Shown here piece after piece: positions 26,601-39,302 of a stretch of DNA of 64,000 bases; positions within the stretch are counted from its first letter, which is position 1, and the number at the start of each line of letters is the position of its first letter. The translations under genes and the position numbers were made by a program. Source of the DNA: Haliotis rufescens (Eukaryota); contig NW_025964223.1 in assembly GCF_023055435.1 (NCBI RefSeq), forward strand, positions 44,020,001 through 44,084,000. The letters run 5' to 3'. Below the pieces are notes generated by a model that was given only the letters and a program-made list of their open reading frames with translations, was not told the DNA's origin and did no database searches.

Positions 26601-29600
26601 CCTCTGGGACAGAGACCACCACAAACCAAATCATTTTGGGTGTGTCTTCAACACAGACCAACACTGAGGGATGGATGTGTTCCTGTAGACTGACAGTGTC
26701 ACAGACATTACAGGTGGAGATGTTCCTTGTGGATAGGAGCTGGTCTCAAGATTGTTCAACGTACATGACTATACAGAAGTGGAAAACTGATACACAGTGT
26801 AGAGGGAATACTCCTGTGCAACCTCCACCTGCACTGGTTAAGAACGTCACCAGAAGTGATGAAATCTGGATACTACTAGTGGGTTCAAGTGCTGAGACCA
26901 AAAAACTGTTTGGAAAGCTGCAGTTCAAATTTAAGCAACCACAAGGTAAGAAAGTATGAGGTATGATTAAACAAACAACCATGAACTAGCTACACAATAA
27001 GAAAAATGACATTGAATGAAGTTTCAAAATTCACATTTAAAGTATCATGTTGTAGCCAGAGGATTTGTAACTCATGTTTGGGCATTAGCAACATGATTTC
27101 ATAGATCACATTCAAGGGCTAAAATGATTTTGTTTGCTTGTTTATTGTTGAACGCTGTGCTCAGAAATATTCAAGCTACATGATGGTGGTCTGTAAGGAA
27201 ATCAAGTGATTGACATCATGAGCATTGATCTATACAAAACGATAGGATGACATGCACCAACCAAGTCTGTGAGCCTGACCACCTGATCACGTTAGTCGCC
27301 TCTGATGACAAGCATTGGTTGCTGAAGACCAATGTTAACTTGGATCTTCAAAAGTAAATGAACTCAAAGATTAAGATGGAAAACAAAGTCCAATTTTAAA
27401 CTAAACAGGTAGCCTTTAACTGAAACACAAATAAGATACACAGATATTATCACATGTTATGCCAAAGGTGAGGCATTGGCTACCAAACTGTGTCTACTCG
27501 AGCCCATAATAACAACACAAGATGAGAGTGGATTAAATGGCAGAGGGTGTGCATGTGGTAGTGGGCTACAAAACTACACGAAAAATTTACCGTTAGCAGT
27601 GGTGATTAGCTGATACCGCTGCCCAGCCCTGATAGCATATTTAATTATAAGAAATGCTACTGTTGCTTGGCAACTACCACGCTGCCAAAAGCTGTATCCG
27701 CTGCTGGCCAAAGGAAGCTACCACTGCCCGGCCCCAGGTATTAGTTTAGAAGCAAGTTAATTTGTTACAAGCAGGGTCACCCACAAGAACCATGCCACAA
27801 AGCATCAAACTGCTACACAGACATAGCATAGCCGCCCAGCTTGCCTAGATGGGGAAAACACTGACCTTTGGAGATACCATCCCCCAATTAGTGCAAAACA
27901 AGTGCCAGGGCATGCCATAAATTGTGGCTGAGGTGTATGTCCTGTCTGATGCCAGAATCCAGACCTGTCAACCCCTCATCATGACAATTTGGGAGATTTG
28001 CCTTCAAAATGTGGGAGATATGACTCCAAAGGGGGAGATTATTAAAAAAGGGCAATAACACTTGACAAAGATAATGTACAAGTTTAATTATAGCTCAGAT
28101 AAAGGCATCATATCACATCATATCACACTGGAAAAAGGTCATTTAACAAATAAAAGAAACAATAGCAAAATTCCATATGGCAGTGCTCAAATAAACATTT
28201 AACTGTCTCAAATGTGCTGTGAATTGTACAGTTTTGTAGCACATTTAGCTTTGCACAAGAGGTCTTTGCTGAATGTGCAGCTGTAGCATGGGTCTCTGCA
28301 GTTCACTTTACAACTCAGCAGAGCACAGACCGTGAGAATTATCCAGTTCTGATCAGCCCTCTGTGTTTATTTTCCTGACCATGGAAAACAATCTCTCGGT
28401 GTCAGCATTGGAATTTGGAATGAGACAGAGCTTGATGGCCAGGGCAGACAGATACTTAAATCTTCTGGTGCCATCAAGAGTCTTCTGTTTCTGCAGCTTA
28501 ATCCAGTACTGCTCTGGCTTTAGTGTGATTGAAGGCAGCACCTCTTCTGGTGTCAGGCTGTACTCCAGGAACTCTTCTGTCAGTTCATCTGTCAACGGAA
28601 ATGCTATGGCAGAAGCACAGGCCAGGACTGAAACATTAGGAACATATGTATATTATATAAATATCTTAATGGCTACATCATGTAATATTTAAATTACATA
28701 TGCATTGTAAAATAACTATGAAAATTAATAAATAGATGAAATATTAATTGTACATGGCTATACCTGAGTCTGATGTGAAAGCCTGCTTTTTTTCAGGGTC
28801 TGCGTTGATCCATTCAATATGTTCAGGACTTCAACATTGTTGTCACAGTTTCCTGATAGAAGAGCCTGATGTTTCTGAAATAAAGAGGTTGCACTAATTA
28901 GTTTTTAATACACATTTTATGTGATATAATGCAGACATAATAACATATGCTCCATATTTCAGAATATTAAAAAATAATAAACTTATTTCATGAACCTGTT
29001 GATCAGATCAAGATCATCCAATCTGGAAATGAACTCCCTTGTTCTTATGCCTACTGCCATGATGCTGCCATGATGCTGGTTGTCTTTTTCAGTGAAGGTT
29101 ACTTCTGTTAGTGGGTGTGTCTTTATGATGTCAATCTTGACAAACTTTGCCAGATACTTCCTGAGAAGATTGTGCATTTCTGTGTACATGAAGCACACCT
29201 TGACTTCATCAGCCTCAAAAAGATAATAGATTTTTAGCTAATTAATGACATTAAGGAAATTAATTAAATTACTATCAATGATTACCCACCTCATCCAGTT
29301 TTATTATCACATATTTCATTTCTCACCAACATCACTTTACAGGGATATACACATTATTTATTATAAAAGAAATGTACCTGGAATGTTGTGTTGAATTCAT
29401 TCAGTGGTGGCAGAATGAACTCCATGAAGAGGAAGTACAGCTTTGTCATCTCATCATTGTTAAGGTAGCTGCAGCAGGTCTTTACCCTTCCAGGTTTCTC
29501 AACGTCTTCATGGCTTGTGAAGTATGATTTAAGTGCTGGCCACTGCTCAAGGGTCCGCTTGACACATCTCTCCAAGCTGAGCCATCTTGTCTGAACGTGT

Positions 29601-32600
29601 TTCAGGATCCTGTCTGGCTCCACATCGCAGAACTCCTGAAAGGACTTGTAGAGCTCTGTCCTCTTTGTACTACAAACAATAAAACACACTGCAGTGATAT
29701 TCATCCAATATTTGATGACAATGTGTTAATGTCTTATTGATTTAATACACATCAATGATTTATGAAAGTTGATGTTTAACAAGAATAGTGTATCATAAGC
29801 AAGTATAGTACCTTAGGTGAAAATGAAAGTGAATCTCAATAAGCATGTGGTCCAGAGAGAGCGGTAGTTTCTTGAGACCAGACTTGATTACAAGGTTTGC
29901 CAGGTGGCAAATACAGCCAAGGTCAAAAACTGCCGGCTGCCTCTCCCTAATCCTTGACAGAACAGAGTTGTGTCGTCCAATTATCACACTTGCATTGTCT
30001 GAACAGTAGGCTATCAGGTTCTTCCAATCAAGACCACGGTCTCTGTAAGTAGCAATTAGTAGCAGGTGTCATTCAATTAGGATTAACTCAAAATCAAAGC
30101 AAAGTCCAAACTAATTTCAAAACAAACATTGCGCCATGATCAGTTTCTCCTCATTGTTTGTTATTTATAGAACACAAAAGCAGTTGCCAAGTTCTTATTG
30201 TCGCCGCGATAATTAGACTCATCCACAAGCAAACTGAACGATCCTTGGCACATATCCGTAACTTCAGTGTCAAAGGTGGGGGCAAGGGCATTCTTTACGA
30301 TCATGGTCGTTTTTGTCTTTCCCCACTTGAATTGTTTCGCAATATCGCTGTCCGGAAACATCTTAGGTACCATCATGGTAAAGTGGTCGGCGAAACTAAA
30401 TGACAAGATGTGTTCTGTGACCATCATAGCAAACAAGGTTTCTGATTCAACCACTTTGGATGCGGCTGGGTTTTCCACACGTGTGAAGGACGTTATCAGT
30501 TGAAAGGATGAAATCTCCTTTGCAACCTGACAATGTTTTTGCACTCTTAATATGTCGCTTCACGTCATAATATCCTCCAGAACAAATGTTGATATAAACT
30601 TTGCAAAGCGTACACAGGACTTCTGACTCACATTTCCCTCGAGCAAGGAACGGATGGTCTTTCTTCCAACTTTCTTGAAACTTGCAGGCGTATTCCTTCT
30701 TTTTCAAAGTCGATCCTGGTGTTGTATCCATTGGGCGTTTGGTTGCCATAATTAAGACAATACGAATTTCTTAACGAAACGCCTTTATAAAGCACACGTA
30801 CACGTGTGTTTGTTTGGCAATAAACACTGAAAAGCTTTCAGTAATCATCGGGTGTTACGAAAAGCTCTGAGTGTTACACGGAGAAAGGCGATTGCAATCA
30901 ACTTTCATCTGAAAACTTTCTCGTAGATTTCCGTATTCGTCAACTTCCTGTTGTTTTTTTTAACCCGCGGAACAATGCATGCGCATTCTTAGTTATTGAA
31001 AAATGCTGTTTTGCGGGAGAAATCGTCTCTAATGCGGGAGACTGGGAGATTTCATCAAATTGAGTCTCCCGCAAAATGCGGGAGGGTTGACAGGTCTGAG
31101 AATCTGGGGATGTGGCTCCATTGTTCCGCCCAAGCTCTTTCACTCAGTTAGCAAGCCTGCAGTTAATGTTCTTTCGCATCCCCCCGATCTTGCCTTGGCA
31201 GCATTGAGGATATGATGATCCTGGTGTCGGGAAGTTGGAGTTGTATCCGGAGGATGGGTTACCACGTCAAGGTAGAGTTGGCTGCCCTTGACCGTGCACA
31301 GGTCATTAGAGCCCCTGTGAATGATGAGCACTCTGGGGCTGCACTGAGTCTCTTTGACCTGTGCATATAAGATGGCATCCTGCTCCCCTTCCACCTAATT
31401 CCACCTTGCACCAGCCATAGCATCCTCGGTTGGTCCGGACTGCTGCCCTTCAAATGCAAGTACTGACGTGCTCAGGCCATGTAGCTGGAGCCCACCATCC
31501 AAACTGTAAACAATAAGGGTAGTAAATACCATGTATACAATATGTAAATTAGTTGTGTTGCATTACATTTGTTGTTAATTGTAGGCATTGTAACAATCAT
31601 TGTAAAGCATTGATGCCTGTTTGGTATGTGGACCATGTGTTTGCAGACAGGGATTGTTACAGGAGTCTAGCAGCTTCTTGCCTCAGATAAGCCATATGTT
31701 GCACGATATAGGTATGGGGTTCTGGTACGCGTATGGTGCTACTGCCTGCAAGCATTTGAGCTGAAACCTCGAGAGCATCGGCAATAGTGTTAGCAGTGAT
31801 ACAAACATACTTTGTCTTGAACAGAATATTATATAGGAGGCACTGCAGGATTTGGCGGCGGAGTAGGCTCATCACTCTGGGGGCCTTGGTAGACTGTTTG
31901 TTTATTATTGCTACGACGGCTTGGTTGTCGCAGTAGAAGAGGGCCTTTTTGTTTGCTAGTTGCTTGCCCCCAAAGTTGGATGGCCAACGTGATGGGAACA
32001 GCTGTAGTAGAGTCAAGTCGCATGTAGTTCCATCTGTAACCGACTGGTTTGGCCATCAGCCGCTAAACCTGCTGGTAGGTCCCGAAGCCACCCCAACCGG
32101 CTGTGTCTGTAAACAGCTGAAGAAAATCGCTGTCAATCCACAGTTGATCCTGAAACACTGAAATGCCATTATAACCGGTGAGAAATGTTAACCACATTTG
32201 TTAATCTTCCTTGACCCAGTTGGTAATCCTAATGTGGTGAAATGGTTGCTTGCCTTTGCTAGGCAGGTTGATTAGCCTAAGGCTGAAGGCCATTACCTTT
32301 GGGGAAGCAGTGCACATAGTTAAGCTGGCCTATGAAAGAATGTAGGGCCCTTTTGCATATGTACACATCCGTTGAGTTGTCTGAGGAGTGGCTGGAGCCA
32401 ACTGTGCGCCCCATAAGGAAGTCATCCAGGTAATGCATTAACCATTGCAAGAAGGTACTAAATGTTTCAAATAAGGCACAAGATATGGAACAGCAGAGGT
32501 TGAACATTTAAGAAAAATACTACTTGACCAAGGGCAAGTGTGACCAACATTCTTATTTGCCCCATTTTAAAATGTTACATCTACAGAACCGAGAATGAGA

Positions 32601-35600
32601 GATACAGTGTTCTGTCGCTATTGCTTCCCTCAATATAGCGCTAACTCGGTTACAGCACACAGTAACACATGGCCCACAAAATTTACTTACATATTAAATA
32701 TTTGCAAGCTCTACACTGACACAATTTTTTTTCCCATCTAAAAAAACACTATCAGCTGATCACCGCATGCACGTAACACGGGAAATACCAGTCAACAGAG
32801 ACCATATCCGAACTGAAATATGCAGTTTAATCCCATTATTATACTATCTGGTTATAAAAAAGGTGTTCATTGTTTATCTCTACTTATGTTTGTGATATAT
32901 ATTACTTATTTTATTCAAACTTTCATTCAATATTTGTTAACATTCATTTTGGTGAAATGCATTTCACTACCCAAGAATGGCTATAAAAATGTGCGTTAAC
33001 AGAATACCATACGCATTGTTTAGCATCTTGCTGACAACAAACACTCAGAAAAACAACAAAGTTTTTCAACATTACGAAACGCCACGCCCATCCGAAAATG
33101 AGCGTCTGCGAGCCATTGGTATGCTTGAAGCAGGATCGAGTCAACATGATGTTGCAAGACAATTTAATGTCCACAAAAACACCATTTGGTGTTTATGGCA
33201 ACGTTGGCAACAGACGAATGAAGTCAGAGATCATACTTGGACTGGCAGGCCACATGTAACCAATAATCGACAAGACAACTGGATTCGAACAACACACCTA
33301 CGAAATCGATTCCAGCCAGCAACAGTGACTGCAAGAAGCATCCCTGGCCCTCGACAAATATCTTCACAAACCGTATGTCGTCGCCTCAGATGTGCAGGGA
33401 TTGTCACCAGAAGACCCGCCAGACGTCCCATTTTGACAGGAAACCACCATCAAGCACGTCTACAGCGGCGCAGACTGCATCTACGCTGGACGGCCATGCA
33501 GTGGGGACAAGTTCCTATTCACTGACGAGTCTTGTTTTCACCTCAGCCACAGCAATGGATGGATTCGAGAGGGCCGGCGTCGGGGTGAACATTACGTCAA
33601 TCATTGTCATGGAAGATCGGTTTGGGGGCGGCAGTGTTATGGTATGGGGTGGGATTACAGCAAGACAGAGGAACCGTTTGATAGTGGTAGAGGGAAAAAT
33701 CGATGGACAGCCCTACCGCGACAAGATCATCGGACCTGTTGTTCTACCGTTATTGCGCCGTCATGGCCCAGGCATTACCTTTCAACATGACAACGCCCGG
33801 CCTCATATTGCTCGAAATGTTCAGGATTCGCTTGAACAAAAGAATGTGAATGTCATCCACTGGATGGTTGGCTCCCCTGATCTCTCACCAATCGAGCACA
33901 TGTGGGATCAGATGGATCGGCGCCTACGACGACAACCACGTGTTCCACAGACGCTCCAGGAACTTCAGAACATGCTCCAGCAGATATGGACAGATATCCC
34001 ACAGGACTTTGTGCGAAGCCTGGTCCATTCCATGAGACGAAGATGTGTTGCTTGCATCGCAACCAGAGGTGGACACACACGCTATTGATTTGTAATTTGA
34101 CATTTTGGCATGTTCAGGTTTTTTTTATGAAATCACACATTTTCTGAAGTCAGTATGGCAAACTAAACCATTTGAACACTTACAGGAGTCATTTATCTGG
34201 TGCAAACCGAAGTTGTTTCAGATTTGGTAAAAAACATAATTTTGCATTAAATCTTATTCAATGTCACATGAACTTTTGTTGTTCAGTATATATCATAAAT
34301 GGCATACTTTGACTTGTTAAAAGTCATATTTGTTGTAGTTAGACTTATGTGTCAACAAAGTTTCCACGATCCATAGTGTGATTCTCGATGGTGACTGGTG
34401 TATTCAAATAAAATATTTCATCAATTAAGCTACACCTAACGAAGTTTCAAAAGTCAGCACTAGACCTACCACGCATTACAATTTCCAAGTAATGTAGTCA
34501 ACTGTCATTTATCCAAGAAGCTTGTGCCATATATGGAAGTGTTACTCCTATATATTGATGAAACAAGCTATCGAATCCCATTGACTGGTGTAACTGTATG
34601 CAAATTAGATTGCCAGTCTGGGACACAAGCAAAATATTAGCGAATGAAATGTCATAGCGACTGATTTATGACTACCATTGTCTGAAGTATATTTGACTCC
34701 AAAGGCAAATTACCCTGTAGCCATGTCTCCATAACTTAATTGTCATTACGTTTTAGGCGCTAATCCCTGTTGCTAATCCTCACCAACATTTCATTGTATA
34801 TTGACTGACAGCCAACCTGGGCTACTTTATCACTTCCCGTTAATTACTGTTATTTATAGTATGACATCTATTGCCTTAACTGTTCATCCCCCCCAGAAGT
34901 CCCATGTCCAGATCTAAGTCATTGCCTTTCCATTGTTGTTCATTAGTATATATGTGCTACAATTACACTGTTACTTGGGTGTTAGTCAAGCTTGGTATTC
35001 CGAGTGCTGGTGTAGGGACGACCTCGAGCAGGGTGTGCCGCTTGTAGGAAAGGCCCTGAGATGAGCTGGAGCTCTGCTCACCTCTTGTACGCCTGAGCTG
35101 GAAGGCCCACTCATTGCTGTGTTTGTGTTGTCAGAGCAGGTATTCCGCTCATTGTGCAATTGTTGTTTATTGTTTACACGTTGTGCATAAAGCGTTCCGG
35201 GACAGTGATATCGATTTTGTCCTTTATTCCCCGAAGACCCCAAGACCTAATGTTGTACATATCAGCATTGTTTAGTGCATTGTATGCTTGTGTCATACAC
35301 ACAGCAGTATCATGATTCATATGCACCTTTATCAGCTATATTTAACTATTATTGTGCACTGGTGATTTTTCTTTCAATAGATGTATTTTTTTACCAAATG
35401 GTCACCCACAGGTTTTCACCTGACAAGATATTAAAAAAAACCAAATGATAAAACAAATGTTGAAGACATTAGTCAAGAATGTGTACGTTTGCCCTACCTA
35501 ATGACCAGTAGATGGCGTGTGTAGACTGGAAAACAATTACATTCATTAATAAAGATTATCCATCATTTTGATAGCCACTGAGTTATGGTCTATATTTTCA

Positions 35601-38600
35601 AGATGAAATGTAACAATGTTTCTGGCACTACCTCACTAAGACTAAGAATCTTCTTCAATATGCTTAACAGAAAATTGTTACACTATGGTGTCAACATGGC
35701 GGTATATAAGAATCAGTACTGGTAATATCAGAATCCATGGAACATTGACATTTTGTCATCAAATATCTGTGTGAAATAATACATAAGAGTATTTCTTTCT
35801 CCATTGCAGCAGGCAAGCTGAACATTGAGTGCTTTGAGCTAAACATGAACAGTTCTACAACAACAGCTCCTTCAACAACATCAACAACAACTGTAACTAC
35901 AGAGAAACCAACATCTTCATCCCAGCCTACCACTGTCACAGAGATTCCAAGACCAACAAACAGCACACCTCAAAGACAGACCACTTCTCCCAGTGCTGCT
36001 ACTGTAAGAACTTCTGGATCATCTACATGGTCAGGAGGATCTCCTGGAGCATCTACAGGGTCAGCAGGAAAATCTACTCAAGCTCCTCCTTCACCAGACA
36101 GCAATAAAAAGGATTCATCAATTAACTTCCCAGGTATTAATGCCTTACATATTCACAAACCAACTCTATTCAGTGACGAAAAGAGCAATCAGTAAGCCTG
36201 ATATTGTTTATACATATATATTCTTCAAAAAAAGAAACTTGACATAGATGTAAAACCACTTTTTGCCAAATATCTAAAATAATTACATTAAATGAGAACC
36301 AAATAAGTCAAACAGAAAGATAATCTATAATTCATGAAAACACATGCAAAGCACATAAACGTAGTGTTTGGGGATCAATTTTACAGCTTCATCCAAACGC
36401 AACCGCCTGTAAAAAACGTGCAGCACAGGTCCTTCATTTAGGCATGCAGGCCCCCCTGCTGAATGGGTATAAAAATCCACATCAACGGCTGTTCATACAG
36501 TCCTTATAAAGGCAGTAGAGGCGGTGACAGAATGCCAAGACTGAATGCAGCTCAATGGAACAATGCCATTGGGAGATTACAAGCTGGAGCAACTCAGCAA
36601 GAAGTGGCCAGGCACTTTGGCATATCCAGACAGACAATCTCCGCACTGTGGACCCGATACAACAACACCAACAGAGTTGACGACAGACCAAGGTCAGGAA
36701 GACCAAGGGTGACAACCCAAGCACAAGATCGATACATCCGGCTGCGACACCTCCGAGACCGCACTACCACTGCCACGTCTACAACCACACAGATCCCTGG
36801 GGTACACAGAATATCAGTTCAAACGGTACGCAACAGACTGAGGGAGGCTGGACTTTTGCACGAAGACCTGTCCGACGTCATGCACTGACCCCACGTCATC
36901 TGACGGACCGTCTGCTTTGGTGCCAACAGAGGGTTAGATGGGCACGTGCAAGGTGGAGAAATGTACTGTTTACTGACGAGTCCCGTTTCCTACTCACACG
37001 TGCTGATGGGCACGCACGTGTCTACAGACGTCGGGGTGAACCTTACGCCCCCAAATGTCTGCAGCAGGTTGTCCCATTTGGCGGCGGGAGTGTCATGGTA
37101 TGGCCCGGAATTCATCACGGTGGTAGGACGCCTCTCGTGCACGTGGCAGGTGCATTTACAGGTGTGCGTTACAGAGACTTGATCCTACAGCCTTATGTTC
37201 TTCCTCACGTCAACATTCATGGCGGACAGTTCCAGCAGGACAACTCTCAACCGCATATTGCACGTGTTTGTCAGGACTTTCTACAGCACAACAACATCCA
37301 GACATTACCTTGGCCAGCCCGGTCACCAGATTTGTCCCCGATTGAGCATCTGTGGGACGAGTTGGATCAACGCGTTCGCAGAAGATATCCACCGCCCCAA
37401 ACACTTCCGGCGCTTCTTGATGCACTTCAGCATGAATGGTAGCACATCCAACAGCGTGTTATTGACAACTTGATTGCATCTATGGGTCGTCGGTGTCAAG
37501 CAGTGATTGATGCACGTGGTGGGCACAACAGATACTGACATTTTCTGTACCCCGGGGACATTAACTGTATCGTGTACCTGTGTCTGTCTAGGTGACACAA
37601 TTAATGTTTTGAACATTGTGTACACTGATCTTCAAACAGTGTTTCAATTATGGTTTCTGTGTCCTACTTTGAAACAGAGTATATATCTAAAAGCACATAT
37701 GAAGTCACCACTTCAGCACTGGTTTGACTATTGTATATGACTGTAGATAAGCCAATCTCAGAGTTACGCAAAGGAATCTTGATCTTTGAAATCTGTATCA
37801 AAATATTATGTCCTGTACATAAGCATTTCAAAGTCATCTATAATATATATATATCAAATAATCTGTATTTGTAAAAGTGGCAAAAATCTATTGTTTTAAC
37901 GTATGTGGCACATTACAATGTATACTACTCAAAGAAGTTAAAGATCACATGTTCTTTAAATTCTTTTGTGTAGAATAGATGGCAAGAGTATTCACACCCA
38001 CATTTTCTTGTTTGAATTGTGTTCATTTCATGCAACAAAGGTATAAATATTTCTAAAGCATGGATGTTTACCTTACAGCGGCAGCAGTAGCAGGTGGTAT
38101 TGGAGGAGGTCTGCTGCTCATCCTGATCATCGTCATCGCTGTCACATGCTACAGGTCAGAAGAATCATACTGTTTACTGCAATTTTTTATGTTATTACCT
38201 TTATTTCAATTGTGTGTATCCATTTAGAATTTGGATCATTTTTACTCAATGGAAAGCATCATTGTCAGTTCAGATTACATCCAGTGGAGCCTTCATCTCA
38301 TATTTAAGTTAATAATTTGTTCCTGCATGAAACTGTATCTATGAAAGTAGTTGGCCATATGTCATTCACAAAATAAATTAAAAATTTGCATTGTTCCACT
38401 GGTTATGTATCAGAATAAAACCTTTTATCCAAATCTTATTTTTTATCCCTCCATCATATGTGGAATGTATCTGTCTTGACAGGAGAAGTCGGGATAATGA
38501 TCAAAGGATTCTAGAAGTTGTCCCAAATACAAGCAAACAACACAGTGGCTGTGTGAACCATTCCTATGAAAATGAGGAACCTTTATCCCACGAAAATGAT

Positions 38601-39302
38601 CTCTACCATTCTAGTGGAGCATATAACAAGCACCCAGAAGAACAGAAGCTGGACAAAGAGGAAGACACAATCCAGAAACAAGACACATCTACAGTCTCAG
38701 GAGCTCCTTCAGCTGAATCTGGTGGTGGGATGAAACCTTCAGATGATGTGGCTGTTCCAGGACCTGCCCCAATGTCCAGTGATATCTCTGACATGTATGC
38801 ACCTGTGGATGAAGTTCAAGCAGGAAATCCTGTGGTCGTAGACAGTGACATGTATGCAGCTGTGGATGAAGTTCAGGCAGGAAATCCTATGGTCGTAGAC
38901 AGTGACCTGCAAGATACTGGTGATGACATTCACGGTGAACAAGCATCAAATGGATTACCTGGCACCGATGACCTGTATGCAGTTGTGAACAAGCCTGGAG
39001 GACAACCTACAGCAACAGATGAACCAGGTTCACCGGACGGCATAGTCAGTCCATCTGGAGACATCTACGCTGTTGTGGACAAGTCAAAGCCAGTTGAGGA
39101 TTCTGCTACTGATGGTGACGTGTATGCTGTAGTAGACAAATCCAGAAAGCAAATCAAGGATCACAATGGTTCTGGTCAGGGAGATGATTTATCAGCTGAT
39201 GACCAGGAAGCAGCTCTCAGCATGATGAACTCTGCATTAGAGGATGGGTTGGATGATACTACACCACCAGCATATCCAACAGTCCAGTCCACTGACCTCT
39301 AG
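23610..39302 (+). CDS. Receptor gene 2: type I membrane protein, ~554 aa (signal, Cys ectodomain, mucin-like stalk, TM, long acidic tail with repeated YAxV motifs, C-terminal STDL)
   Basis: Exons 23610-23694 (MGISHCGGGQGVTWLILLLMYIFRDVTS, gtagga), 26586-26945 (DLQTCSSG...WMCSCRL...KQPQ, gtaaga), 35810/35813-36133 (GKLNIECFE + S/T/P stalk, gtatta), 38079-38154 (TM AVAGGIGGGLLLILIIVIAVTCY, gtcaga) and 38483-39302 (tail). Intron phases 1,1,1,2 match gene 1; total 1665 nt, open frame. Confidence 0.85.
27130..27350 (-). mobile_element. SINE family A
   Basis: Reverse complement of family A. Confidence 0.7.
27600..32510 (-). mobile_element. Degenerate DIRS/Ngaro-type retrotransposon, split by a hAT insertion
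   Basis: Minus strand: RT (CALFETFSTFLQW..HYLDDFL, ~32400-32500), RNase H (LFTDTAGWGGFG; FYCDNQAVVAIINK; ANTIADAL, ~31760-32130) and an SGNH-like ORF (WMVGSS; LIIHRGSNDL, ~31150-31500). No recombinase seen; the left boundary is approximate. Confidence 0.7.
27960..31098 (-). mobile_element. hAT-superfamily DNA transposon (3139 bp), intron-containing defective transposase, 6-bp TSD
   Basis: TIRs cagacctgtcaaccc / gggttgacaggtctg; TSD agaatc at 27954-27959 and 31099-31104. Transposase pieces: N-terminal Zn finger (CTLC...H, from 30749), LVDESN, CICHLANL, TRWLS, SNADTERLFS. Frameshift near 30540. Confidence 0.9.
32840..34290 (+). mobile_element. Tc1-like DNA transposon (DD34E), frameshifted
   Basis: HTH region RAIGMLEAG..QHDVARQFNV, TDES, GGGSVMVWGGI, FQHDNARPH...SPDLSPIEH (34 residues between D and E), ending GGHTRY* at 34088. 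Termini degenerate. Confidence 0.9.
34880..35258 (+). mobile_element. Possible solo LTR
   Basis: TG...CA-bounded, GC-richer block with a late ATAAA-like motif; no convincing TSD found. Confidence 0.25.
36218..37682 (+). mobile_element. Second Tc1-like DNA transposon (DD34E), defective, in intron 3 of receptor gene 2
   Basis: ORF from 36532 (MPRLNAAQWNNAIGRLQAG) with a frameshift near 36860, FTDESRF, QDNSQPH...SPDLSPIEH, an in-frame stop at 37440, ending GGHNRY* at 37538. Confidence 0.9.
38790..38906 (+). repeat. 57-bp coding tandem duplication (DMYAxVDEVQAGNPxVVDS x2)
   Basis: Units start at 38790 and 38847. Confidence 0.95.
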
